The notes: generated by a model not told the origin, from the letters alone. Counted from the stretch's first letter, positions 20,621 to 31,071 are shown. The stretch is 64,000 nt of DNA from Candidatus Bathyarchaeia archaeon (GCA_049516875.1 JBEKSS010000003.1:64001-128000), one strand, 5' to 3'. Numbers and translations are program-made.

Positions 20621-21937
20621 ATGTCGACTCCTAGAGATGAGTACAATCACGTTTTTGACCTCCTGCAACAGCATCACAAGTGGTTTCAAGAGAGCATTCC
20701 ACTAATAGCAAGCGAGAACATCCCGAGCCCGGCTGTACGCGAAACTATGATAACGGATTTTGGGAACCGCTACGCGGAAGGCTGGCCTGGCGAAAGGGTG
20801 TACGCTGGCTGCCGCTTCATTGATCAGGTGGAGTTCAAGTGCATCGAGCTTATGAAGAAGCTTTTCGACGCTGAATTTGTAGACGTCAGGCCCATCTCAG
20901 GCGTGGTCGCAAACTTGGCCGTCTACACCGCCTTCACTGAGCCCGGAGACACGCTGTTGGCCTTGTCCATTCCAAGCGGCGGGCACATCACGTCAGGCAA
21001 GAAGGAACTGGGAGGTACAGCAGGCGCCGTCAAAGGCTTAGTCGTTGAGTATCTGCCCTTGGACTATAAGGAATTGAACATAGATGTGGACAGGGCTAGG
21101 GACAAGATTAAGGAGCTTGCGGCAAAAGGTAAACCGCCGAAGTTCGTGATGTTCGGTGCAAGTGTTTTCCCGTTTCCGCATCCAGTTAAGGAGCTGGTTG
21201 AGACCATTCATTCTGTGGGCGCTACAGCGGGCTACGACGCGGCGCATGTGGCGGGGTTGATTGCTGGTGGCACATTCCAAGATCCTCTGAGAGAAGGCGC
21301 AGACGTCGTAAGCTTGAGCACACACAAGACATTCTTTGGACCTCAACATGGCGGAATTCTGTCCTGGGAGAGGAACGCCGAGAAAATAAAGAAAGCGACG
21401 TTTCCAGGCATGGTGAGCAACCATCATCTTCACGCAGTTGCAGGGCTGACCGTTGCTTGTGCGGAAATGCTTGAATTCGGAAAGAACTACGCAGCTCAGG
21501 TAGTCAAGAACGCCAAAGCGCTGGCACAAGCGCTTTACGAAAGAGGCTTCAACGTTTTGGCTGAGCACAAAGGGTTCACGCAGTCACACGTGATTCTGAT
21601 AGACATAGTGAAACACGGTGACGGCGGCACCATTGAAGAGACTCTGGAGAAGGCGAACATAATCATAAACAGAAACCTGTTGCCATGGGACATTAAAGAA
21701 GGAAGGCACTTCATGCACCCTGGCGGCACAAGAATGGGTGCTTCTGAAGTCACAAGGTTGGGAATGAAAGAAAGCGAGATGGCGGAAATAGCAGAGTTCG
21801 TCAAACGTGTAATAATCGACAAAGAACCCTTGGAAAAAGTACAGACGGACGTTGCCGCTTTTCGAAAAGACTACCAGAAGGTGCATTACTGCTTCGAGAA
21901 CGCCACAGAAGCCTACAAGTACATAAAAATCCGTTAA
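20621..21937 (+). CDS. glyA: Serine hydroxymethyltransferase (archaeal type)
   Basis: LIASEN, RYAEGWPGERVYAGC, STHKTF PLP lysine; start placed at ATG 20621 after AGGTG. Confidence 0.96.
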   Translation: MSTPRDEYNHVFDLLQQHHKWFQESIPLIASENIPSPAVRETMITDFGNRYAEGWPGERVYAGCRFIDQVEFKCIELMKKLFDAEFVDVRPISGVVANLAVYTAFTEPGDTLLALSIPSGGHITSGKKELGGTAGAVKGLVVEYLPLDYKELNIDVDRARDKIKELAAKGKPPKFVMFGASVFPFPHPVKELVETIHSVGATAGYDAAHVAGLIAGGTFQDPLREGADVVSLSTHKTFFGPQHGGILSWERNAEKIKKATFPGMVSNHHLHAVAGLTVACAEMLEFGKNYAAQVVKNAKALAQALYERGFNVLAEHKGFTQSHVILIDIVKHGDGGTIEETLEKANIIINRNLLPWDIKEGRHFMHPGGTRMGASEVTRLGMKESEMAEIAEFVKRVIIDKEPLEKVQTDVAAFRKDYQKVHYCFENATEAYKYIKIR

Positions 21938-22298
21938 GTTGACGCAACATTTTCGAGCGCGCGCTCGGTGGTTCCTCCAGGGTATATCAGATATTCCAGA
22001 GAAAAACATGACGAGAGAACTCGTGAATGGCCAAAGGAAACAACGCCGAGGCGCAGGAAACACAAGATAAAAGTTTTCAACAAATCGTACTGCCGTCTGA
22101 AACTAGTAGCTCGATGAGGCTACTGCAAGCCGCTAATTGCACTTTTCGCTCAGACTAGCTTAGAAGCAAGCTCTTACCCGCATCCACCAAGCCAGCCAAA
22201 ACGACCACCTCTTCGCCCCAGCCTGCCGCACAAGCATAGAAACCCGACCGCCCAGAAAAGGCGTCATAATACTCCAACAACGCAGCAGCTCATAAGCG

Positions 22299-22367
22299 CC
22301 AGCGGTTTGAATCTCAAAAAAAATCACGGATTGAGTACTCAAACACAAGGGCTAGAAACCCAACATC
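22299..22367. repeat. Dispersed double-palindrome repeat, copy 1
   Basis: ccagcggtttgaatctcaaaaaaaatcacggattgagtactcaaacacaagggctagaaacccaacatc; near-identical to 54982-55049. Confidence 0.9.
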
Positions 22368-22390
22368 GCATCAACATGCCACAACAACGT

Positions 22391-22434
22391 TTTGACACTC
22401 AAAGAAATCACGGATTGAGTACTCAAACACAAGG
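22391..22434. repeat. Dispersed double-palindrome repeat, copy 2 (core only)
   Basis: tttgacactcaaagaaatcacggattgagtactcaaacacaagg, 84 bp after copy 1. Confidence 0.88.
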
Positions 22435-22531
22435 ACCCCCCAGAAACTTCACAAATCAGCTTTGCGCGCGCCATACAGTTTGATTATCTTTATCTCTTTT
22501 CCGTTCCCCTTTACGCATTGGAGGTTGACAC

Positions 22532-22819
22532 TTGCACATCCGTGAATTCCAGGAGATGATGAGGCGCCTATATTTCCACAGAGACTCAGAGCGCGGGATA
22601 GCCGGAACGTATGATTGGCTCGTAGATGAAGTCAAGGAGCTAGGCGACGCGTTGAATGCAGCTGACAAAGAAGAACTCCAGAAAGAGTTTGCAGATGTTG
22701 TTGCATGGCTGGCTTCTCTCGCAAACATAACTGGGGTGGACCTTGAAAGGGCAACTGTTGCAAAATACAATCAGAAATGCCCGAAGTGTGAACACTCACC
22801 GTGCGAGTGCAAGTTCTAG
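22532..22819 (+). CDS. MazG-like nucleotide pyrophosphohydrolase
   Basis: WLVDEVKEL...EFADVVAWLASLAN, C-terminal CPKC...C.C. Confidence 0.9.
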   Translation: MHIREFQEMMRRLYFHRDSERGIAGTYDWLVDEVKELGDALNAADKEELQKEFADVVAWLASLANITGVDLERATVAKYNQKCPKCEHSPCECKF

Positions 22820-23088
22820 TCCGTGTTCACGAGACGTTTCTGTCCCGCCCCGGTAAGTGCCCAAACGAAGGGTTTTCCGCCTTCACGTCGCACAATCCCC
22901 TCTGACTGCAGAAGCTTCAAATGGTGCATGACAACGCCATAGTGCATAGAAGCTCCCTTTGTAATCGTTTTCGCATCACCCGAACCCCTTTCCAGAACAT
23001 TCAGTATCCTAGTTCGAGCCCTAAGCCCGAGACTAATGTTCCTCAGGTTCGCCAAGTAAGCGTTCGGATGATAAGCTTCCTTCAACAT
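22816..23088 (-). CDS. Small winged-helix (ArsR-like) DNA-binding protein
   Basis: RTRILNVL...YGVVMHHLKLLQSEGIV...WALT wHTH pattern; follows the DP2 gene. Confidence 0.78.
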   Translation of the reverse strand: MLKEAYHPNAYLANLRNISLGLRARTRILNVLERGSGDAKTITKGASMHYGVVMHHLKLLQSEGIVRREGGKPFVWALTGAGQKRLVNTD

Positions 23089-23131
23089 GGATGCTCAGAG
23101 ATAATGTGCTCTTTTATGTAGAAAAGTCTTG

Positions 23132-26100
23132 TTAGGCGAAGTCTGTTAGACAGATCTGTTTTGGTTTCTTGCTTTCGAACAGGGCGTTAATCTCCTCTTT
23201 CACGAGAGCAATTCTCTGCGTGTAATACTTGGGCAGGTGGTATCTCTCAATCAAGCTCTGTGCCGCTTCCAAGTACTTCTCGATCCCGCCGCGGTAAACG
23301 GTCAGAGTCAACTGTCCGCCGCACGATGGGCATTTGCCCCGCAGAGGCAAGCGTCGGAAGTGCCTGTTACATGTTTTGCATCTGAAGCCTTGTGTTGAGA
23401 AAGCCCGAAGGTTTCCAGCGATGTCCCGCATGAAGTGCTTGGTGAGGACTTTCAAAGCCACTTTCTTCGCGTCTACGGCCTCAATTTTGTCTGCTAGTTC
23501 AAGTTGGCTGTTCAGCTTCTCAACCATCGTTTTGAATTGTTTGTACGCGCTTCTGGGGTTTCCCATGTTAATGTTGGAGACGGGAGTTGTGTAGTTGAAA
23601 CCCTCAAATTGCGCTTCGGTGCCAAGTCGACACCCGACAAGGTCTACCAGAGAACAGGCTTGTCTAGCCTCAACTCTCTCCCATGTTTTCTCGTAAAACT
23701 CGATTGGGTAAGCGCGGGCAACATCAAAGTCGTGCGCTTGTCTCTGCACTTCTCTCGTGTTGACAACCGGAATCAATAGCAACGGAGCGTCCATTATACC
23801 GCCTATCTGGGCAGGCAGGTACTCGCGTGAAAAGTTAAGCAGTGTATCCAGCGCGAGCATCAAAGTGTCTTCGTCGCCGTCACAGTCTCTACGTTTCGCC
23901 GAATGCCAAACCGGATGGGCATAGCAGACGCTCAGGTTGGTAAAGCCTACAACTCGCCCCAAGATGCCTACGCAAGTGTGAGGGGCCAGGCCGACGATGA
24001 CGTGCCCCACAAGGTCCTCTTCACGTTTGACGTTGTAGTAAGGTGAGAGCCCATAAACCTTTGTCAGTAGTTCGTCTGTAAAACTTGCGACTCCTACGAA
24101 GTATTCTGCACTTTTCACTGGAATAACAACGTCTTGAAGTTTCAACTCGCAAACTTGACCTTCATCAGTCAAGCTTGCGCCATGCATGTCACAAGTGTAG
24201 CCCATTTGTCTGAGCATCTCAACCGAGACTCCGATTTCCCCTGGTTTGAAATGCGTTAACGGTGCATTGGTGGCATCGAACCTGATTGTCCCGTCCTTAT
24301 AAACTGATAGACCGTGTTTTGCACGCAGAACCCCCTTCTCGATTATTTCCGGTGTTTTCGTCTCATTTGTTAAACCCTTGACACCCTTGAGGATCTTCGG
24401 CATGGAAACGCCCAAACGATCACAGATGCCCTCAAGCGATTCTTTGAAGTTGACAACCTGCTTCTGAAACTGTTTGGCAGGCACTCTGCACGCTGGACAC
24501 TCACTTTCCTTCAGGCTCTTTCCACATCTAGGACAGCTTTTTTCAAGAATTGTCTCAGAACCGCAGGCAGGACACTTGATCCTGAAAGTGAAAGTCTTAC
24601 AGTTAGGACACTTACGTCTGACGACCTCCACGAATATTGGCTCCCGCTTTGCCGCGTAAACTATGTCTCTCTGCGAACCCCCAGCCAAACCCACTGGAAA
24701 GAGAACGTGAACGAGCGGTTTCATCTCCCGTCTCTTCGCCTTCTCAGGTCTTCCCATTCTGGCCCCCACGAACGTTGGAGCCTTATCCCTTATTTTGACG
24801 CCTGACAACCTGCAAACCGTTTGCAGAACGGATTGGGCGGAGGGGAAATCCAAGTCACATGAAGACTTGTAGCCTAGGCAAAACGCAAGTGCTTGTGCAT
24901 CGTCGTCCGTGATGATGATCTTTCCATCGGACATTTTGTGGGGCAGGTATATCAATTCTAAAGCACTTTTGACGCCCGAGTTCATTTCCCCAATTATCCC
25001 GCAGACAACGCCACCTTCGGTCTGAACCTCAGAGTTGAGAAGCCACTTTCTCAGCAACGCGACGTCTTCAACCGAGGTAAGGTTCGACCAGAAGAAGGTG
25101 AAAGCCGGATGCAGAGGCACGTTCAATGTGGACGCAATGGCCACTGCTTCTGTGACGTCAGGCTTGCTGATGAACGGGTCCTCCAAGAAAAGCTTCAGCT
25201 TCTCCGAAGGGATTTTCGTGGCTTCGCTGGCGTCTTCCAAGTTCCCACCGTGTTTCTCCGCAATTGCTTTTTGGACATCTTCAGCCCACCACTCTTCCAC
25301 ATATCCCGATGGTTCCAGCAGTTTGCTACTGTATAGGAAATCTCCAACACTGATCAGGATATCGCCCAAGAACAGTATCTTCTCAATCTTGTCTCTCATC
25401 CCGCTGAAATTCTCACTTGTGACTCGAGAAACAGATCCGTCGCTCAGACGAACCACTGGACCCTCCACGGCATCAACAGGTACAGCGATACCGCCCTTTC
25501 CAGGAAGCTCCATCCGCATCTGTGTTCCCGCTGCCAGAAAACCCTGGAGCACAAGCATCGTCGTTGGATGGATACCGACGGCGGTGAGTCCTGTGTTCCG
25601 TGACCTACCGTACCTCAACCGGAAACCACCGCGTCTGGATGGAAAGGAAAAAACTGGTCGGCCCGCAATAACATCATCCATGAAGCCGGCAGATTTCTTC
25701 TCGGATTTCACGTGGAGTTCTTTGAGCCAATCCCATCCTTGAAACCCAAGTTTGCCGACGATATTCAAGACCTTCGGAGCCCTGCCGACAACACCATCGT
25801 TCACGACCCTTAATGCGCCGCCTCTGACACGGTTGGTCTCTACACGCGGAAGATTTCTGAAAGAAGAGACCTCAATGGGGTCAGATTCTGTGCCGGTCAC
25901 TTCCACGGGAATCCACTGCAGCGCCTTCCGCAGCTCATCGTCAGGAATGTGATATTGGAAACCTGCTACAGACCGCTCGTAGACCCGCAGTTCTTCAATG
26001 AACCTGGATATCTCCTCTTCGGTCGGCTTGTAACGGTCGAGCCCCAGCAGCTTTCGAACGAAGTCTCCCACGATAAGCGTCAGAGCTTGGTCAGTTCCCC

Positions 26101-26548
26101 CGGCGGATCGTATGGGCCCGGCGAAGTAAATGGCAAGATAACGTGTGCGATCGCTGTTCATTTTAATACTTACTTTTGCTACTCCTTGAATTGGAGCAGC
26201 GGTCAGTCCCTCCGTGAAGATTGCTAGGGCCGTTCGTATTGCTTGTTCAGCGGCGGCCTCGGCTTCCAAATGCCCAAATTTGCCGTAAATTATCTCTTCA
26301 GTAACTTTGAAGGCGAGTTCCTCTCGGGGAAGCTTGGAGCTCAGTTCCCGAATGCTCTGGGCAACGCCTTTTGGCCCCACAAGTCCCTCCACGAGATCGG
26401 CTAAGTCCTTGGCAATTATGCACTCAGTCTTCAACGAGGGATCCAACCCTCTTTGTCTGGCTTCTTTGCTGATTGCGTACAGTTGCTCAAGCTTGGTTTC
26501 CAGAGATTCCACGTACTGCTTGTAGGCTTCGCTCATTCGTTCGTCCAA
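23132..26548 (-). CDS. polC: DNA polymerase D large subunit DP2
   Basis: YFAGPIRSAGGT, GGFRLRYGRSR, RMGRPEK, KRRDCDGDED catalytic motif, zinc fingers. Confidence 0.97.
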   Translation of the reverse strand: MDERMSEAYKQYVESLETKLEQLYAISKEARQRGLDPSLKTECIIAKDLADLVEGLVGPKGVAQSIRELSSKLPREELAFKVTEEIIYGKFGHLEAEAAAEQAIRTALAIFTEGLTAAPIQGVAKVSIKMNSDRTRYLAIYFAGPIRSAGGTDQALTLIVGDFVRKLLGLDRYKPTEEEISRFIEELRVYERSVAGFQYHIPDDELRKALQWIPVEVTGTESDPIEVSSFRNLPRVETNRVRGGALRVVNDGVVGRAPKVLNIVGKLGFQGWDWLKELHVKSEKKSAGFMDDVIAGRPVFSFPSRRGGFRLRYGRSRNTGLTAVGIHPTTMLVLQGFLAAGTQMRMELPGKGGIAVPVDAVEGPVVRLSDGSVSRVTSENFSGMRDKIEKILFLGDILISVGDFLYSSKLLEPSGYVEEWWAEDVQKAIAEKHGGNLEDASEATKIPSEKLKLFLEDPFISKPDVTEAVAIASTLNVPLHPAFTFFWSNLTSVEDVALLRKWLLNSEVQTEGGVVCGIIGEMNSGVKSALELIYLPHKMSDGKIIITDDDAQALAFCLGYKSSCDLDFPSAQSVLQTVCRLSGVKIRDKAPTFVGARMGRPEKAKRREMKPLVHVLFPVGLAGGSQRDIVYAAKREPIFVEVVRRKCPNCKTFTFRIKCPACGSETILEKSCPRCGKSLKESECPACRVPAKQFQKQVVNFKESLEGICDRLGVSMPKILKGVKGLTNETKTPEIIEKGVLRAKHGLSVYKDGTIRFDATNAPLTHFKPGEIGVSVEMLRQMGYTCDMHGASLTDEGQVCELKLQDVVIPVKSAEYFVGVASFTDELLTKVYGLSPYYNVKREEDLVGHVIVGLAPHTCVGILGRVVGFTNLSVCYAHPVWHSAKRRDCDGDEDTLMLALDTLLNFSREYLPAQIGGIMDAPLLLIPVVNTREVQRQAHDFDVARAYPIEFYEKTWERVEARQACSLVDLVGCRLGTEAQFEGFNYTTPVSNINMGNPRSAYKQFKTMVEKLNSQLELADKIEAVDAKKVALKVLTKHFMRDIAGNLRAFSTQGFRCKTCNRHFRRLPLRGKCPSCGGQLTLTVYRGGIEKYLEAAQSLIERYHLPKYYTQRIALVKEEINALFESKKPKQICLTDFA

Positions 26549-26636
26549 GTCTCGCCCTCGTAAACCTTTTTGTTTGAAAGAAGTTTATTTCTGTTTTCTG
26601 ACAGGAAAGAGTCAAAAAGCAGTCTTTTAGAGAGCT

Positions 26637-26945
26637 CTATTCCGTGTGGATTCTACACAAAAACAGTGTGACCCATTTATCCTTCGGACGACCAGTGGCT
26701 TCCTGATATGCTTCTTTTGCGAGCTTGCCTCTTCTCTCGGCACAATCTTTGCAGAGCGCATGCCTCAGATCAGACGGACCGTCGCACACTCCGCAATTCA
26801 GCATCAAAACCTCGCCTAAACCTCGTAGCGTTGTCCACGCGTATTCATGCTCATCGTATTGCGGTTCGAAATCTGGCCATATATCATACATTGGATCATC
26901 GCAAAGCTTCTTCAAAGCACTGAAGTAGTTTTCAAAAGATGTCAA
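26637..26945 (-). CDS. Hypothetical Cys/His-rich (putative Zn-binding) protein
   Basis: CGVCDGPSDLRHALCKDC; lies in the elf1-GGGPS-polC run. Confidence 0.65.
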   Translation of the reverse strand: MTSFENYFSALKKLCDDPMYDIWPDFEPQYDEHEYAWTTLRGLGEVLMLNCGVCDGPSDLRHALCKDCAERRGKLAKEAYQEATGRPKDKWVTLFLCRIHTE

Positions 26946-26954
26946 AAGAGGTTT

Positions 26955-27707
26955 TCACGCTCTGCCGCGCTTTATGCCCTCGATAATCTCTGAGACCCGG
27001 CGTCTCATGCCGGATTCTTCAATGATGTTTCCCGTGACAATGATGCCTGCGCCTGCTGAGGCGGCGGCTAGCGCTTGTTCTCGGGATCTGATGCCTCCGC
27101 CTACAATCATCGGAACTTCAACGTAGTGTCTGACAGCTCGGATCATGTCGGGGGGAACAGGGTTCTTTGCTCCCGATCCAGCTTCTAAGTAGATGAAGCG
27201 CATTCCGAGGTACTGCCCAGCTAGGGCGTGTGCCGCGGCGAGCTCAGGTTTATTGTACGGGATTGGAATTGCCTTGCCCACGACACCTGCTGTTCCGCCT
27301 TCGCCGACGATTAGGTATCCGAGAGGGATGGGTTCTATAGCGTATTTCTTGACGAGTGGTGCGCCCAGAATTTGGGCTCCTATCAAGAAGTATGGGTCAA
27401 CAGAGTTTAAGAGAGACATGAACCATATGGCATCGGCGTAGCGGCTTATGCCCGTCACGTTGTTCGGAAATAGGATTACTGGTATCTTTACGGTGCGCTT
27501 GACAGCCTTGACGACGTCATCCAGATGTGCTGAGGAAACGAATGTTGAACCGCCAATCATTATTGCTGACGTTTCGCTCAGTTTCGCCTTGTTCACGATC
27601 CTGGAAGCTTGAGGAGGAGTTACCTCTTCAGGATCTATGAGGGTTATGTGGATGGAACCTTCGGACTCGATTTTGTCAAGGAGGTATTTCTCAACATTTC
27701 CTATCAT
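26955..27707 (-). CDS. Geranylgeranylglyceryl phosphate synthase (PcrB family)
   Basis: HITLIDPE, IMIGGS, IYLEAGSGA, VGGGIR. Confidence 0.94.
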   Translation of the reverse strand: MIGNVEKYLLDKIESEGSIHITLIDPEEVTPPQASRIVNKAKLSETSAIMIGGSTFVSSAHLDDVVKAVKRTVKIPVILFPNNVTGISRYADAIWFMSLLNSVDPYFLIGAQILGAPLVKKYAIEPIPLGYLIVGEGGTAGVVGKAIPIPYNKPELAAAHALAGQYLGMRFIYLEAGSGAKNPVPPDMIRAVRHYVEVPMIVGGGIRSREQALAAASAGAGIIVTGNIIEESGMRRRVSEIIEGIKRGRA

Positions 27708-27721
27708 GTGAACCGACCTCG

Positions 27722-27991
27722 TTAAGCACCTTTAATCGCCGGTGCAGAGGGTGTCCTGGAACCTCCGTAAATCTTGTCAGTAAACATGCAGTAAACGTCA
27801 ATCTCGCCTTGCGCGGGCTTGACTGGAAACTCGTCTTTAAGACCACAACTGCCGCAAGCCACGATTGCACGTCCCTGGTCTCGAATTATCTCAACTCTGA
27901 TCGCTTCCTTCCCGCATCGGGGGCAAGAGAAGAGTTTCGGCAAGTGCTTCTTGGGAATGCGAACAACTTTTTTCCTTCTTCTTCCCATCAT
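27722..27991 (-). CDS. elf1: Transcription elongation factor Elf1
   Basis: MGRRRKK, FSCPRC...CGSC zinc ribbon, IDVYCMFTD. Confidence 0.9.
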   Translation of the reverse strand: MMGRRRKKVVRIPKKHLPKLFSCPRCGKEAIRVEIIRDQGRAIVACGSCGLKDEFPVKPAQGEIDVYCMFTDKIYGGSRTPSAPAIKGA

Positions 27992-28085
27992 CAGGTCCTT
28001 CTACTCAGCCGGATGTTGTTACCTCCATATTTACGTTTGTACTTAAATATTTGCCTACAACCATAGACCTTGAAGGTGCATCAAC

Positions 28086-28928
28086 TTGAAGTTGACCGCT
28101 GAGGTTCTAAATCTAGACTGGGCAGAAGTGGACAGGAGGGTTTGCCGGTTCATCAAAGATTACGTTGAAAGATGCAAAGCTAAAGGCGTGGTCTTAGGAC
28201 TCTCTGGCGGCATTGACAGCTGTACCATAGCAGCCCTCTCGGCACGGACTCTGGGCGGTCACAATGTTCTGGGGCTCATGCTATTTGAGAAGGAGACACG
28301 CAGAAGCGATGATGTCAGGCATGCGGAACTTGTCGCCAAAGAGTTCGGGTTCAAAACGGAAAAGGTTGACATCACGCCCCCATTAGAAGCCCTTTACCAT
28401 TCGGCACCTGTCTTCGATCCAACAGACAAGCTGAGTAAGGGCAACGTAAAAGCGAGAACGCGTATGATTTACGTATACTATTACGCCAACAGATTACGTT
28501 TGATAGTTTGTGGAAGCTCAGATAAGTCGGAAACGATGATGGGTTATTTCACTAAGTGGGGGGATGTCGCAGCTGATATATCGCCGATAATGGACTTGTA
28601 CAAGACGCAAGTCCGAAAGCTGGCTCAGCACATTGGAGTTCCAGAAGAGATAGTTAGGAAACCTTCTTCGCCAGCTTTGTGGCCAGGCCAACTTGCAGAG
28701 AGTGAGCTCGGCATAAAGTACGAGCAGCTTGACCTCATTCTTTATGGGCTTGAACGTTTTATGAGACCTGAGGAAATAGCAGCACAGTTGCACGTGGAAA
28801 AGCAATTGGTCGACGGGGTCAAGCGCAGATGGTTGTCTGCGGAACACAAGAGGCGAATGTTATTAACGGCGAAGCTTGAATATCGGACGGTGGGAGCCGA
28901 TTTTAGACTCCAGCGGAATCCGCTTTAA
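28086..28928 (+). CDS. nadE: NAD+ synthetase (single-domain, NH3-dependent type)
   Basis: GLSGGIDS, GNVKARTRM, GYFTKWGD, DLYKTQV, PSSPALWPGQ. Confidence 0.95.
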   Translation: MKLTAEVLNLDWAEVDRRVCRFIKDYVERCKAKGVVLGLSGGIDSCTIAALSARTLGGHNVLGLMLFEKETRRSDDVRHAELVAKEFGFKTEKVDITPPLEALYHSAPVFDPTDKLSKGNVKARTRMIYVYYYANRLRLIVCGSSDKSETMMGYFTKWGDVAADISPIMDLYKTQVRKLAQHIGVPEEIVRKPSSPALWPGQLAESELGIKYEQLDLILYGLERFMRPEEIAAQLHVEKQLVDGVKRRWLSAEHKRRMLLTAKLEYRTVGADFRLQRNPL

Positions 28929-28945
28929 GTGAGAGGGGCTAAAAC

Positions 28946-29779
28946 ATGAAGGATGTATTCAAGATAGCACTTGCCCAGATAAGCTGCAGGCAAGCAGACA
29001 AAACGAAGAACCTGAAGGAAATCAAGAAAGCCGTGGTAAAGGCCAAGAAGCAAGGAGCAGAACTGGTCATCTTCCCGGAGCTTTCACTGACGGGCTATGT
29101 TGTCAGAGACGAGATTTATGAGTTGGCAGAGAGAATACCCGGACCATCAACGAAAGTCATGGAAGACGTGGCGAGGAAGAACGACATTCACGTTGTTTTC
29201 GGCATGCCGGAAATAAGCGACAAAACAGAAGCTACGCTCCACAATAGCGCAGTTCTCATCGGTCCAGAAGGCCTCATTGGGAAATATCACAAGATGTACC
29301 TTCCAACTCACAGCATCTTTGAAGAGAAGAGGTACTTCCGTCCAGGCTATCAGACGGCAGTGTTTGACACGGAACTTGGAAAACTGGGGTTCATCATATG
29401 CTACGACATCTATTTTCCGGAAGTGACTCGACTGACGCGTCTCAAAGGGGCCCAGTTGATTGTCTGCATTTCTGCTTCACCGGGAGTGAGGCGATCGTTC
29501 TTTGAGGCGCTCACGGTGGCCAGGGCGATTGAAAACACGGCTTTCCTAGCTTTCGTGAACCTGGCTGGAATTGAAGACGGACTGCAGTTCTGGGGAGGCA
29601 GCAGGCTGGTAGGGCCTGACGGCAGAGTTCTTGTTCAAGCCAAGTACGACGAGGATGACTTCGTGATGGGCGAGGTCAACTATGCCGACATAAGGCCCAT
29701 CGAAGCTTTTGTCCCCACACTGAGAGACCTGAGGCCAGAGTTGTTTGATCAATTAAAGCGAGGCGCAGAAGAACTCTAA
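28946..29779 (+). CDS. Carbon-nitrogen hydrolase (nitrilase family)
   Basis: FPEL, YHKMYL, ICYD: Glu-Lys-Cys triad. Confidence 0.93.
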   Translation: MKDVFKIALAQISCRQADKTKNLKEIKKAVVKAKKQGAELVIFPELSLTGYVVRDEIYELAERIPGPSTKVMEDVARKNDIHVVFGMPEISDKTEATLHNSAVLIGPEGLIGKYHKMYLPTHSIFEEKRYFRPGYQTAVFDTELGKLGFIICYDIYFPEVTRLTRLKGAQLIVCISASPGVRRSFFEALTVARAIENTAFLAFVNLAGIEDGLQFWGGSRLVGPDGRVLVQAKYDEDDFVMGEVNYADIRPIEAFVPTLRDLRPELFDQLKRGAEEL

Positions 29780-29786
29780 CGAAGCC

Positions 29787-31037
29787 TTATCCGAATTTTT
29801 TAAGGGTCCTTTCCATCCTATTCAATGCTTCTTCCAGCTTTTCATACGCAGCAGCGTAAGACAATCTGAGATAACCTTCACCGCAAGCGCCGAAGGAAGA
29901 GCCTGGAACCGTTAAAACTTTCGTTTCCTTCACAAGTAATTCTGCAAGCTGCTCCGAAGAGAGCCCTGAACCCCTAATGTTAGGAAAAGCGTAGAATGCA
30001 CCTTTCGGAAGCTGGCATCTGAAGGCCCCAATTTCATTGAGGCTCTTATAGACAAGGTGACGTCGCCTATCGAATTCCTCCACCATTTCTTCCACGAAGG
30101 CCTGTGACCCTTTCAACGCGGCCAAAGCAACGTACTGCGAAAAAGTGTCTACGCACGCAACGGTGTATTGATGCACCAGCCAAAGGGGCGAAACAAGGTC
30201 TTTTGGCCCGTACACGTATCCAACTCGAAGCCCTGTCATTGCATAAGTCTTGGAAAAGGAGCCGACAACCAAGGTGCGTTCCCGCATACCTGGAAACGCT
30301 GCGAGGCAGTAGTGCTTGACACCGTCGTACACCATTTTTTCGTAGACTTCATCGGATATCACAATCAAGTCACGCTCAACAGCAATTTTCGACAGGGCAG
30401 CAACTTCATCATAGGAGAGGACCGACCCCGTGGGATTATTCGGGGAATTCAATATCATCACACGTGACTTTTCGGTGATGAGTGACATCACATCATCGAT
30501 AGAAGGTCTGAAATCGTTCTCTTCAAGCAAGGGAACATGAACAGGAACACCCTCCGCCAACAAAACACCGGGCTCATAGACAACAAATCCAGGGTCAGGA
30601 ATCAGTGCCTCATCACCCTGATTCAACAACCCCATCAGAGCAACGAAAATCGCCTGCGTCCCACCGACGGTGATCAGAATCTCACAGTCAGGGTCATAGT
30701 TAAGCCCATAATCGTGATATGCTTTTTGTGTTAACGCCTCCCGCAACTCAGGAATCCCATTTGTTGGCGCGTAGTGTGTTTTGCCTTGTCTAACCGCTCG
30801 CCAGCCTCCGTCCAACGCGTGCACAGGAACGCAGAAGTCGGGTTCGCCTACGCTCAAATTGACACAAGTTGGCATTTCCTGAGCCAAAGCGAAAAAGCGC
30901 CGTATTCCAGAGGGTTTTACCAATTTCAGGCGTTCCACGGGCTCTACGTGCGAAACCAATTCCCATTCCTCACTGTTGATTGTGTTGACCAGCATAAAAA
31001 TCTTGCATGCCGAAACGGCCACCCGAAACGGTCGCAA
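29787..31037 (-). CDS. Class I/II PLP aminotransferase (AspC-like)
   Basis: GEPDF, NSPNNPTG, SDEVY, SFSKTYAMTGLRVGY; true start probably about 25 codons inside the ORF. Confidence 0.93.
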   Translation of the reverse strand: MRPFRVAVSACKIFMLVNTINSEEWELVSHVEPVERLKLVKPSGIRRFFALAQEMPTCVNLSVGEPDFCVPVHALDGGWRAVRQGKTHYAPTNGIPELREALTQKAYHDYGLNYDPDCEILITVGGTQAIFVALMGLLNQGDEALIPDPGFVVYEPGVLLAEGVPVHVPLLEENDFRPSIDDVMSLITEKSRVMILNSPNNPTGSVLSYDEVAALSKIAVERDLIVISDEVYEKMVYDGVKHYCLAAFPGMRERTLVVGSFSKTYAMTGLRVGYVYGPKDLVSPLWLVHQYTVACVDTFSQYVALAALKGSQAFVEEMVEEFDRRRHLVYKSLNEIGAFRCQLPKGAFYAFPNIRGSGLSSEQLAELLVKETKVLTVPGSSFGACGEGYLRLSYAAAYEKLEEALNRMERTLKKFG

Positions 31038-31071
31038 TCGGCATACTTAAAAGCGCAGCCAGTATACAAAA

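Noticed and set aside
22160-22348. 62-aa minus-strand ORF
   Set aside because: Overlaps the repeat, has no recognisable motif and is likely a by-product of compositional skew
22299-22434. Possible mini-CRISPR array
   Set aside because: Only two local units with a ~44-bp core, flanks conserved in the distant copy, and no cas genes
23132-26548. Intein in PolD DP2
   Set aside because: Catalytic KRRDCDGDED is uninterrupted and length fits an intein-free protein
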